In this document: piece by piece, positions 53,064 through 64,000 of the stretch
Layout: each line of letters opens with the position of its first letter
How positions within the stretch are numbered: position 1 is the stretch's first letter
Source of the DNA: Deltaproteobacteria bacterium
GTDB lineage: Bacteria; Myxococcota; UBA727; JABDBI01
Length of the DNA: 64,000 nucleotides
Direction: 5' to 3'
Assembly: GCA_016432245.1 (NCBI GenBank)
Contig: CP066680.1
Coordinates: forward strand, 106,446 to 170,445
Notes under the pieces: model-generated
The model's input: the letters and a program-made list of their open reading frames with translations, nothing else
Database searches by the model: none
What the model was told of the DNA's origin: nothing
Translations under genes and position numbers: made by a program

Positions 53064-54101
53064 TTAATCCAAGATAGATATGTTTCTTGTATTAGATTTT
53101 TGAGATTTATAAGTGGCAAGACCAATAAATGAAGATAAATATTCAAAAGAAGAATGTAAAAAATTTAAATTATTGTGAATAGGAATATCTATAATTCTCG
53201 GAATATTTAATAAGTAATTGTTTTTTTCTGAACTGTTAAAAATGTAATGTTTAGCAGAACACTTTTGACAAATAAAGTAGCTCATATTTTCTACATAACC
53301 AAAAATATCAATATTGGTTTTTCTTAAAAGAGATTTGATTCTTATTACATCAGCAATTGCTAAATTATGCGGCGTAGAAATCAGTACAGCGCCTGAAACT
53401 GATATTTTTTGGGCGATAGTTAAGTGAATATCTCCTGTACCAGGAGGCATGTCTACTATTAAATAATCTAGATCTCCCCATTGCACATTATGAAACAATT
53501 GTAGACAAGCAGATGATATTACAGGACCCCTCCAAATCATAGCGGTTGAAGTATCCACAAGGAAGCCAATGCTCATCATTTTTAATCCATTTCGAATAAT
53601 TGGTTCTAGCGATACATTGGAATTTTCTTGTTGGGCAAAAATACTAATTTTAGAAGTTAAATTGAACAAAGTTGGAATAGAAGGGCCATAGACATCCGCA
53701 TCTAATAAGCCGACTTTACATCCTTTATTTAATAATGAAAGGCTTAAATTTGCTGCAACAGTACTTTTGCCAACTCCACCTTTTCCGGAAACAACAAGAA
53801 TAATATTTTTTACATTTTTAATGCCAGTATTAACATTATTTGTAGATAAGAAACTTAAATTTGAAGTTATGTGTATTCGGACTAATATAGGAGTTGCCTT
53901 TAAACATTTAAACAAGTGTTTCCAAATTGATTTTTTTAAAAATTGTAAAGAATTTAATGCAAAAGTTGGTACATCAATTTGAACCAATAGAAAAGATTGT
54001 TTCTTTTTTATCAATTTGATCCAACCTAAATTCATAAGGTTTTGCTTAAATTCAGGTACCGTAATTTGAGAAAAATAATCTACTAAAAAAAAATAAGACA
54101 T
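53064..54101 (-). CDS. apbC: Fe-S cluster carrier ATPase Mrp/ApbC (NBP35 family)
   Basis: 345 aa. It has a deviant Walker A (VVSGKGGVGKSTVAANLS) and a conserved CxxC (CQKCS). Confidence 0.8.
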   Translation of the reverse strand: MSYFFLVDYFSQITVPEFKQNLMNLGWIKLIKKKQSFLLVQIDVPTFALNSLQFLKKSIWKHLFKCLKATPILVRIHITSNLSFLSTNNVNTGIKNVKNIILVVSGKGGVGKSTVAANLSLSLLNKGCKVGLLDADVYGPSIPTLFNLTSKISIFAQQENSNVSLEPIIRNGLKMMSIGFLVDTSTAMIWRGPVISSACLQLFHNVQWGDLDYLIVDMPPGTGDIHLTIAQKISVSGAVLISTPHNLAIADVIRIKSLLRKTNIDIFGYVENMSYFICQKCSAKHYIFNSSEKNNYLLNIPRIIDIPIHNNLNFLHSSFEYLSSFIGLATYKSQKSNTRNISILD

Positions 54102-54140
54102 TTTTATTGTAAGAAAAAAATAAACATAGTAAATTTTTAT

Positions 54141-54314
54141 TCAATCATTGTCTGAATTGCGATTTTCAGATTTTAAAGCAGCTTTAAAGTTTTTAATTGC
54201 AGTTCCAAGCCCAGTTGCAATTTCTGGTAATCTTTTTCCACCAAACAAAAAAAATATGATTAAAAAGATAATTATTAGTTCGCTTAAACCGATTCCAAGC
54301 ATTGAATTCTCCAT
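54141..54314 (-). CDS. tatA: Sec-independent protein translocase TatA/E
   Basis: Not in the ORF track. The minus strand gives MENSMLGIGLSELIIIFLIIFFLFGGKRLPEIATGLGTAIKNFKAALKSENRNSDND (57 aa). This has a TM helix plus the FG-hinge and amphipathic helix typical of TatA. Confidence 0.75.
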   Translation of the reverse strand: MENSMLGIGLSELIIIFLIIFFLFGGKRLPEIATGLGTAIKNFKAALKSENRNSDND

Positions 54315-55083
54315 GTCAAGAATATTCTCACACGTCTTTAGAATAAAGAAAGAAAGTATTTTTATTACAATATCTAATCTAATTCAGCTTGTAAAGCGAA
54401 GCATTCGAGGAGAACCGACTCAATTAGTTCTTGGGTATCAGACTTTTTATGAGCATGAATTTTTAATCAATGAAAATTGCTTGATTCCAAGGTGGGAAAC
54501 AGAGTCATTGGTCGATTTAGCATTGGCTCATTTAAGTAAAAAGAAAACTTATAAAGTGTTAGATATCGGATCCGGATCTGGAGATATAGGTATATCTATT
54601 TTAATGAAACATCCATTTTTAAAAGTTGTTGCATTGGAAAAGAGTTTTTTTGCAGCAAACATCTCTTTACTTAACGGAAAAAAACATGAAGTAGATAAAA
54701 GATATAAAGTAGTTGTCTGTGATGCCATTACATATTTATTGACAAATAAGTTAAAGAATATATTAAATGGGAAAAGGTATGATTTACTATTGTCAAATCC
54801 TCCATACATTCAATGTGAAGATATGAAGAAATTAGTTCTTAGTGTTAAAAAATTTGAGCCAAAATTAGCGCTATATGGTATTGGAAGTCTTGGTCTAAAA
54901 TTTCAGGAAACAGTAATTATGAAACTAGTGTGCTTATTGCAACCAACTAAAAAATTTTTAATGGAAGCAGACATCTTGCAGATTGTCTTCTTTCGAAGAA
55001 ATTCACGAATACGAGAAGGAAGGGGAAATATTTTTTTTGACCTAGTAAAGAATCCACGGATTATAGAGGTTACAGTTGGATAA
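54313..55083 (+). CDS. prmC: release factor glutamine methyltransferase PrmC (HemK)
   Basis: Start moved to the ATG at 54313 (MSRIF…), since the upstream part of ORF 54148.. is the antisense shadow of tatA. It has …CLIPRWETESLVD…VLDIGSGSGDIGISI…LLLSNPPYI (NPPY). Confidence 0.65.
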   Translation: MSRIFSHVFRIKKESIFITISNLIQLVKRSIRGEPTQLVLGYQTFYEHEFLINENCLIPRWETESLVDLALAHLSKKKTYKVLDIGSGSGDIGISILMKHPFLKVVALEKSFFAANISLLNGKKHEVDKRYKVVVCDAITYLLTNKLKNILNGKRYDLLLSNPPYIQCEDMKKLVLSVKKFEPKLALYGIGSLGLKFQETVIMKLVCLLQPTKKFLMEADILQIVFFRRNSRIREGRGNIFFDLVKNPRIIEVTVG

Positions 55084-56404
55084 GCTAATTATAGAAGGTG
55101 GAATAAACTTACAAGGTGAAACTGTTTGTTCTGGTTCAAAGAATGCAATTTTTCTTCTCTTATGTGCTAGTGTATTAAGTAGAGAAATTTTAAGACTGGA
55201 AAATATTCCAAATATTGAAGATATAGATGCTTTTTTAGAAATTTTAAAACAATTAAAGATCCGACTATATAGAGAGGGAACTTGTATTTGGATAGATGGA
55301 TGGCACCTTTCGAGAATAGATATTACAGAATCTATGATAAAAAGAATTAGAGTTTCAATTTTATTGTTTTGTCCTATTTTAGTTCGCTTTGGCTTGGCTC
55401 GTATACATTTACCGGGGGGTTGTTCTATTGGGTCGCGTCCAATAAATATGCATATGTCTGTTTTGAAAAAAATGGGTGTATTATTTTTTTTTAAAAAAAA
55501 ATACTTAGAAGCTAAAATGCCCGTAAAAGGCATTCAAGGTAGTTGTGTCGATCTCGGAATTCCAAGTATGGGAGCTACTTGCACTTTTCTTATAGCCTCT
55601 TATAAATCTTCTGGAATAAGTACTGCAAATAATTTTTCTATAGAACCTGAAATCTTAGAGTTAATTATATTTTTTCTTAATAAAGGAATTACAATTTTTG
55701 TAACAAGATCTGGTTTACAAGTGGCTGGAAATAGAAAAAATGTACAATTTCCATTTTATAGGACAATTATTAGACATAAGATAGGTCCTGATCGTATGGA
55801 GCTTGGTACATTGATTTCTTCTTTTTTTAGCTCAAAAGGCAACGGAATTATTCGAAATGCCAGAATAGAATCTGTTAAAAATTATTTAGATGTTTTTCGA
55901 GCAATAGGGTGCGAAATCATTGTGAGATTAGGAAAAGTTATGATAATTCCCACTAAAAATACGGGATCTATTTTGTTAAAATCTTCTTTTTTTCCAGATT
56001 TTCCTACAGATTTGCAGGCTCAATTGTCTATAATCCAATTTCTTATTAAGCATCATTCAGTAATAGAAGAATCGATTTGGGAAAGTAGATTTTCCTATGC
56101 ACGAGATTTAAATACTCAGCAGTCACATGCTCTTCGGTACGGCAATGTCACCTTGATTAATGGTCGTCATAATTTTAGGCCCATGGTTTTGCCTGTATAT
56201 GATTTAAGGGGAGCTGCGTTTGCGAGTCTTTATTCTTTAAATACCAAAGGAATTAATGAGATAGTGAATATAAAGTTTTTTGATCGTGGATATTCAGAAT
56301 TTGAAAAGAAAATAATAACTTTAGGGGGAAAAATTAGTAGAGAATCTTTAATGCTTTATCCTTTTTGCTTATCCGAAAATGTTTTTTGCTCATCATGTTC
56401 TTAG
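55076..56404 (+). CDS. murA: UDP-N-acetylglucosamine 1-carboxyvinyltransferase
   Basis: 442 aa. It has MDKLIIEGGINLQGETVCSGSKNA and active-site Cys-region homology. Confidence 0.85.
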   Translation: MDKLIIEGGINLQGETVCSGSKNAIFLLLCASVLSREILRLENIPNIEDIDAFLEILKQLKIRLYREGTCIWIDGWHLSRIDITESMIKRIRVSILLFCPILVRFGLARIHLPGGCSIGSRPINMHMSVLKKMGVLFFFKKKYLEAKMPVKGIQGSCVDLGIPSMGATCTFLIASYKSSGISTANNFSIEPEILELIIFFLNKGITIFVTRSGLQVAGNRKNVQFPFYRTIIRHKIGPDRMELGTLISSFFSSKGNGIIRNARIESVKNYLDVFRAIGCEIIVRLGKVMIIPTKNTGSILLKSSFFPDFPTDLQAQLSIIQFLIKHHSVIEESIWESRFSYARDLNTQQSHALRYGNVTLINGRHNFRPMVLPVYDLRGAAFASLYSLNTKGINEIVNIKFFDRGYSEFEKKIITLGGKISRESLMLYPFCLSENVFCSSCS

Positions 56405-56490
56405 AGAAATTATTTAAAGAGCAATCTTAATTAAATTAAAAAACATCAAAAACATCTTGCTGAAAGCAAATTTGAGTGATAAAATATTGA

Positions 56491-58732
<2,242 letters not shown>

Positions 58733-58768
58733 TTGACAATATACTAAACATTCGCTAAAAAGAAAGCA

Positions 58769-59209
58769 ATGTTAAATATTGATAAATCCCTTTTTTTTCA
58801 ACTAATTTTAATCTTTATTCTTATTAGATTTTTGCAACGATTTTTATTAGCACCGATAATCAATTTAATAGAGCAACGAAAATTATATTTCATTCAATTA
58901 GAAGAAGAAATTAAGGATTTGCAAAATGTAAGAAAAGTCATTTTAAACGAAATTGAAGGCCAGGTAAAATTAGCACAAAAAGAAATGTTAAAAAATATTT
59001 TTTCATTTAGACAAGAATCAGATAATATGTGTAAAAATATTCTAGAAAACATACAAGAAAAGGCTTTTAAAGAGATTGAATTATCTAAAAGAATTGTTTT
59101 GCAGGCTAAATTAGAAATTTATAATGATTTAAAAAAATATAGAGACTATCTAAAAATGGAAATTATGAAAAAATATTTTATTTCATTACAAAATAGGCAA
59201 GCAATATGA
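58769..59209 (+). CDS. atpF: ATP synthase Fo subunit b
   Basis: 146 aa. It has one N-terminal TM helix followed by a long charged helix, and leads the atpF-F'-H-A-G block. Confidence 0.55.
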   Translation: MLNIDKSLFFQLILIFILIRFLQRFLLAPIINLIEQRKLYFIQLEEEIKDLQNVRKVILNEIEGQVKLAQKEMLKNIFSFRQESDNMCKNILENIQEKAFKEIELSKRIVLQAKLEIYNDLKKYRDYLKMEIMKKYFISLQNRQAI

Positions 59210-59682
59210 TTAATTGGTGGCATATTCATAATAAAGAACAACCGGCAATCGGATTCGTGATTCTTAGCTTTATATTATTTCTTTTATTGCTAAACAAATA
59301 TGTGATAAAAAAAATTCAAAACGATTTGAAATCTCAAGCTCTTTTATTGAAGTCAAAATTGTTTTCCAGTTTAGATAGTCGAGACAATGAATTTGATTTA
59401 TTACTTAAAACAGTTTTACGATTAAATAAAGTAGACCTCGAGATTTCTCGAATTCATTCTGAGTTTTATAAAAAATTAAATAATGAAAGAAACTTCCTTC
59501 TAAGGAATACAGAATTAAATGCGCGAGAATGGTTGTCGCAATTGCAAAAGAATCTGGAAAAACAAAGAAATAAAGAATTATTTAACATTAAAAATCAATT
59601 TATACATGAAATATTGCTTGAAACAGAGAACAGTTTAAGGGAAAGTGAAGAAGCTTTACAATATAGTATCGAAATTTTATAA
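59206..59682 (+). CDS. ATP synthase Fo subunit b' (second b-type subunit)
   Basis: 158 aa with the same TM plus long charged helix architecture. It overlaps the previous stop as ATGA. Confidence 0.45.
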   Translation: MINWWHIHNKEQPAIGFVILSFILFLLLLNKYVIKKIQNDLKSQALLLKSKLFSSLDSRDNEFDLLLKTVLRLNKVDLEISRIHSEFYKKLNNERNFLLRNTELNAREWLSQLQKNLEKQRNKELFNIKNQFIHEILLETENSLRESEEALQYSIEIL

Positions 59683-59690
59683 GGAATAAT

Positions 59691-60209
59691 ATGAAAGTCT
59701 CATGGATTTGTGCGCTTGTTTTATTTGAAAACACAATTTTGAATAAAGAAAGATTAAAAATTGAAACTGATCTACTTAACTTTTTACATTTATCACGCAT
59801 TCATAATCTATTTGCTTTTTGGAAGTCTTATGAAGTGGAAAAAGAAAACAAGATGGAATTGTTGGAAATAATTGTATCTAATAATTTATTAAAAACTTAT
59901 TTACTTGCCTTAATTGATTTAAGTTTAATAACTCAAATTCCTGAAATTATAACCGAATATAGTAGAATGCTAGATCTTGAGATAGGTAGATTAAATGTAC
60001 TTTTAGTTAGCGCTAATCACGTAACAGATGCGCAAGCTTTAATAATTTCTAATAAGATCAGTGAAATAAAAAATGGTAAATATGTTAACCTAACTCGAAG
60101 GGTAGATTCATCTATAATAGCAGGGTGTCAAATCTATTTTGACAATATTGTCATTGACACATCTTTAAAAACCTATTTAATGGATTTAGGACAATTGTTA
60201 TGCATTTAA
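59691..60209 (+). CDS. atpH: ATP synthase F1 subunit delta (OSCP)
   Basis: 172 aa. The C-terminal region (…[23 protein letters not shown]…[26 protein letters not shown]) resembles the OSCP C-terminus. Confidence 0.65.
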   Translation: MKVSWICALVLFENTILNKERLKIETDLLNFLHLSRIHNLFAFWKSYEVEKENKMELLEIIVSNNLLKTYLLALIDLSLITQIPEIITEYSRMLDLEIGRLNVLLVSANHVTDAQALIISNKISEIKNGKYVNLTRRVDSSIIAGCQIYFDNIVIDTSLKTYLMDLGQLLCI

Positions 60210-61777
60210 ATTCAGAAGAAATTTCTCGTATTATACTAGATAAAATACACAGCTTTAATCCAAGAAAAATAGTAAGTCAAACTGGAAAAATACATAAAAT
60301 CGGTGATGGTATTGCTCAAATTATTGGATTAGAGCATGCCCAAATAGGAGAGCTTGTCCTTTTTTCTGATAATTCTAAAGGACTAATTTTAAACTTAGAG
60401 AAAGATATTGTTGGCGTAGCCATTCTTGAAAACTCTTATAAAATAAAAGAAGGGGATATCGTTTATCGAACAGAAACGATTGCAGATGTAGCAGTTGGAA
60501 ATTCCGTTTTAGGTAGAGTGCTAAATGGATTAGGAGAGCCAATAGATGCAAAAGGCGCATTAAATAGTTCATTACGCCGAAGAATTGAAACAAAAGCGCC
60601 TGGAATTATCGCAAGGGCACCGGTATGTGAACCCTTATATACTGGAATAAAAGCAATTGACGCAATGATTCCAATTGGAAAAGGACAAAGAGAATTAATT
60701 ATAGGAGACAGGCAAACCGGTAAAACGTCTATTGCAATTGACACAATTATAAATCAAAAATCACATGGCGTAAAATGCATATATGTTGCCATTGGGCAAA
60801 AGCAATCAACTATAGCTAAAATAGTAAGCATTTTGGAGTCGAAAGGCGCCATGGAGCATACAGTTATAATTTCAGCACCTGCATCTGATTCTGCATGTAT
60901 GCAATTTTTGGCACCATATACAGGAACGGCAATTGGAGAATATTGGAGAGATACAGGAGAACATGCCTTAATTGTGTATGATGACTTGTCAAAACAAGCA
61001 GTTGCTTATCGGCAATTATCACTAATTTTAAGACGACCACCTGGTAGGGAAGCGTATCCAGGAGATGTTTTTTATATACATAGTCGCTTATTGGAACGAG
61101 CGGCAAAAATAAGCAATAATCCGGAAGACATTAAAAGCTATCCCTATATTCAAAAAGGCGGTGGGAGCCTAACTGCTCTTCCAATAATTGAGACACAAGC
61201 AGGTGACGTATCTGCATATATACCAACGAACGTAATTTCAATTACAGATGGCCAAATTTATCTTGAAAGTAGTTTATTTTATTCAGGGCAAAGGCCCGCT
61301 GTAAATGTTGGACTTTCTGTATCAAGGGTTGGGGGAGCTGCACAGATAGCTCCAATGAGACAATTTGCAAGTTTATTACGATTAACACTGGCTCAATATA
61401 AAGATATTGAAACCTTTACTCAGTTTGGATCTGATCTGGATAAAGCAACTATTTCTCAATTGGAAAATGGGTCAAGATTACTTGAATTTTTAAAACAAAA
61501 ACAATATGACCCTTTGCCTGTAGATGAGCAAATTATTCAAATTTTTGCGATAACTCAAAAATTGAAACATCTATCAAATGAAACGATTGTTCGTAGTGTG
61601 CCTTTAAATGTACTATCCCAGTATTTAACAGACATGGTTCTTTTTATTAAAAAAAATTTTCCAAACATATTGCTGTCAATCATTTCAGGTAAAAATAAGA
61701 AGTTAGATAATTCAGTGATTGAACATCTATCTGAAATCCTACTTAAATATCAAGATTCTCTCTCTACCTCATTATAG
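60200..61777 (+). CDS. atpA: ATP synthase F1 subunit alpha
   Basis: 525 aa with Walker [20 protein letters not shown]. Confidence 0.9.
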   Translation: MHLNSEEISRIILDKIHSFNPRKIVSQTGKIHKIGDGIAQIIGLEHAQIGELVLFSDNSKGLILNLEKDIVGVAILENSYKIKEGDIVYRTETIADVAVGNSVLGRVLNGLGEPIDAKGALNSSLRRRIETKAPGIIARAPVCEPLYTGIKAIDAMIPIGKGQRELIIGDRQTGKTSIAIDTIINQKSHGVKCIYVAIGQKQSTIAKIVSILESKGAMEHTVIISAPASDSACMQFLAPYTGTAIGEYWRDTGEHALIVYDDLSKQAVAYRQLSLILRRPPGREAYPGDVFYIHSRLLERAAKISNNPEDIKSYPYIQKGGGSLTALPIIETQAGDVSAYIPTNVISITDGQIYLESSLFYSGQRPAVNVGLSVSRVGGAAQIAPMRQFASLLRLTLAQYKDIETFTQFGSDLDKATISQLENGSRLLEFLKQKQYDPLPVDEQIIQIFAITQKLKHLSNETIVRSVPLNVLSQYLTDMVLFIKKNFPNILLSIISGKNKKLDNSVIEHLSEILLKYQDSLSTSL

Positions 61778-61779
61778 AT

Positions 61780-62661
61780 ATGGTATCTCTTCAATTTATT
61801 CGTAATCGAATTAAAAGCATTAATAATACAGAAAAAATTACAAAAGCCATGAAAGTAATTGCTGCTTCAAAATTTCGACAAAGTCAATTACATATACAAG
61901 CAGCTAATAGTTACCATCAAAGCTTAAAGGACTGCATGGCTTCTTCATTAAGCTTTATACAAAATGTAAAACAAACAAATCTTCCTATATTCTTTGCAGA
62001 TTCTCCTGAAAGCTCTGAATATAATTCTGTTGTAGAGATTTTCATATTTACTTCAGATAGGGGATTATGTGGTTCTTTTAATAGTTCTATTATTAAGGAA
62101 TATTTAAAGAATAATATTAGCAATCACAATCCAAAAATTAAAATAATTGGACTAAAAGGGGCAGAGTCACTAAATCGATTACAGATTTCAAATTATAAAT
62201 ATTCCAATTTTGCAAATACTTTAAATGAGAAATCTTTTTCTAACTTTCGTGAGTCAATATATAATTTTTTAAATTTTAAAACAAAAGAGCTTTATTTTTT
62301 TTATACCCATTTTGTAACAGCTTTTAAGCAAGAAATTGTCCTTAAAAAAATTCTTCCGTTGAATCTTAATGATTTTAATAATCCAAAAAATAAAGTTGAA
62401 ATTCAAGATTCATCTATTCATGAAAATTTAAATTTTTTGTTATCTCAATATTTGTTAAATGAATTTTATTTAGCGATGTCCAATTCTCTTACTTCAGAAA
62501 GCTGCGCTCGAATGAATGCCATGGACAATGCAAATCGAAACGCGAAAGAACTTATAAAAAAATTAACACTACACTACAATCAAGCAAGACAATCAAGCAT
62601 AACAAAAGAAATTTTAGAAATAATCAGTGGAGCAGAGTCAATAAACGTTGACCAAGAATAA
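61780..62661 (+). CDS. atpG: ATP synthase F1 subunit gamma
   Basis: 293 aa. It has the N-terminal IRNRIKSINNTEKITKAMKVIAASKFRQSQ and a C-terminal coiled coil. Confidence 0.85.
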   Translation: MVSLQFIRNRIKSINNTEKITKAMKVIAASKFRQSQLHIQAANSYHQSLKDCMASSLSFIQNVKQTNLPIFFADSPESSEYNSVVEIFIFTSDRGLCGSFNSSIIKEYLKNNISNHNPKIKIIGLKGAESLNRLQISNYKYSNFANTLNEKSFSNFRESIYNFLNFKTKELYFFYTHFVTAFKQEIVLKKILPLNLNDFNNPKNKVEIQDSSIHENLNFLLSQYLLNEFYLAMSNSLTSESCARMNAMDNANRNAKELIKKLTLHYNQARQSSITKEILEIISGAESINVDQE

Positions 62662-62684
62662 TTCTTTTTTTATAATTAAACAAT

Positions 62685-64000
62685 ATGAGCAATTTTTTAC
62701 CATATGAAGAAAATTATAAATATGGTTTTTCTACAGATATTGAATCTGATACAATGCTTCCTGGTATAAATGAATCTACTATTAGAATAATGTCTAAAAA
62801 AAGAAGGGAGCCTTCTTGGTTATTAAATTGGAGATTAAAAGCATATAATCACTGGTGTTCATTGAAACAAGAACCTAGATGGTCTGAAGTAAAGTATGCA
62901 CCAATTAATTATGATAAAATATCTATATTTGCAACGCCTAAAAAGAAAATCGACAGTTTAGACGAGGTTGATCCTGAAATAATAAAGACTTATCAAAAGC
63001 TTGGAATACCTTTGCATGAACAAAAAAAACTTGCAAATGTAGCGGTGGATGCGATTTTTGATAGCGTATCAGTAGCAACTACATTTAAAAATCATCTGTT
63101 ATCCTTAGGTATTCTTTTTTGTTCATTTTCTGAAGCTATAGAAAAATATCCAGATATTGTTCAAAAGTATCTTGGATCTGTTGTTCCTATCAATGATAAT
63201 TTTTTTTCATCTTTAAATTCTGCGGTTTTTAGCGACGGTTCTTTTTGTTATATTCCAGAAAATGTAAAGTGTCCTATGGAATTATCGACTTATTTTAGAT
63301 TAAACAACCAATTAATTGGACAATTTGAACGAACTCTTATTATTGCCAATGCAGGAAGTTTTGTGAGTTACTTAGAGGGATGCTCTGCCCCGCGGCGAGA
63401 TAATAATCAATTACATGCAGCCGTTGTTGAACTTGTCGCACTAGGCAATGCAGAGATTAAATATGCTACTGTTCAAAATTGGTATCCAGGAAACAAACAA
63501 GGAGTTGGTGGAATTTTTAATTTTGTAACAAAACGTGGAATTTGCAAAGAGAAATCTGCAAAAATTTCATGGATCCAAATTGAAAATGGGTCAGCAATTA
63601 CATGGAAATATCCTAGTGTTATTTTAAAGGGGGAAGATACGATTGGAGAATTTTATTCAATTGCAATTACAAATGGACATCAACAGGCAGATACGGGATC
63701 TAAAATGATTCATATAGGATCTAATTCTTATAGTACAATAATCTCAAAAAGCATTCTTGCAGGTCATTCAAAAAATACCTATAGAGGATTAGTAAAAATT
63801 CAAGCACAAGCTACACAGTCGAGAAATTATTCTCAATGCGATTCTTTGCTTTTAAGTGCAACAAGTGAATCGAATACTATTCCACATTTGTGCACATATA
63901 ATGATTCTTCAATCTTAGAACATGAAGCATCAACATCCAAGGTGAATGAGGATCAAATTTTTTACTGTCAACAACGAGGACTTTCTGTGGAAGAATCTAT
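62685..64000 (+). CDS. sufB: Fe-S cluster assembly protein SufB (3' end beyond window)
   Basis: ATG at 62685. The translation [34 protein letters not shown]… continues to the window end in the same frame (…[41 protein letters not shown]). Confidence 0.8.
   Translation, partial: MSNFLPYEENYKYGFSTDIESDTMLPGINESTIRIMSKKRREPSWLLNWRLKAYNHWCSLKQEPRWSEVKYAPINYDKISIFATPKKKIDSLDEVDPEIIKTYQKLGIPLHEQKKLANVAVDAIFDSVSVATTFKNHLLSLGILFCSFSEAIEKYPDIVQKYLGSVVPINDNFFSSLNSAVFSDGSFCYIPENVKCPMELSTYFRLNNQLIGQFERTLIIANAGSFVSYLEGCSAPRRDNNQLHAAVVELVALGNAEIKYATVQNWYPGNKQGVGGIFNFVTKRGICKEKSAKISWIQIENGSAITWKYPSVILKGEDTIGEFYSIAITNGHQQADTGSKMIHIGSNSYSTIISKSILAGHSKNTYRGLVKIQAQATQSRNYSQCDSLLLSATSESNTIPHLCTYNDSSILEHEASTSKVNEDQIFYCQQRGLSVEES

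Noticed and set aside
54148-54312. N-terminal 55 codons of forward ORF 54148..55083
   Set aside because: They are antisense to a clear TatA ORF and have no PrmC similarity. PrmC is restarted at 54313.

Overview
This 64 kb window is strongly AT-rich, densely packed chromosomal DNA with short intergenic spacers and many ATGA/TAATG start-stop overlaps. It looks like a streamlined, probably host-associated, Gram-negative bacterium (lnt, PBP1A, mltG and tatA are present), but no lineage can be named from sequence alone. Most genes are housekeeping. These include def-pth-rplY, rbfA-infB-nusA, argS, ssb, lnt, prfB, rplU-rpmA, thrS, topA, rpsT, dnaX, gatB, rpmH-rnpA, mrcA, rpsR, tsaB, glyA, gyrB-dnaG-rpoD, ddl, apbC, tatA, prmC, murA and sufB. 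F1Fo ATP synthase genes lie in two blocks, atpDC and atpF-F'-HAG. Eleven tRNA genes were found by eye, including an initiator tRNA-fMet antisense to the 3' end of atpC.

The standout accessory content is a complete Alternative Complex III operon, actABCDEF, at 16.6-25.8 kb. Its monoheme ActE carries an unprecedented ~560-residue predicted coiled-coil C-terminal extension, and an MscS-family channel gene follows immediately. A second item is an orphan Dam-class (D12) N6-adenine DNA methyltransferase wedged between a tRNA-His/tRNA-Arg pair and mrcA.

Several real small genes are absent from the ORF track. rpmH lies at 37520-37669 (minus strand). tatA lies at 54141-54314 (minus strand), hidden in the shadow of a spurious N-terminal extension of prmC.

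Other notable points:
- RF2 (prfB) has no programmed frameshift.
- rnpA and gatB overlap by 74 nt.
- There are long homopolymer tracts (T19 intergenic; A13, T9A10 and A11 inside mrcA, murA and ddl).
- Two unknown membrane proteins are co-oriented with lnt.
- A 354-aa unknown gene occupies the slot after rplU-rpmA where obg normally sits.

No rRNA, CRISPR, transposase or prophage signatures were seen.
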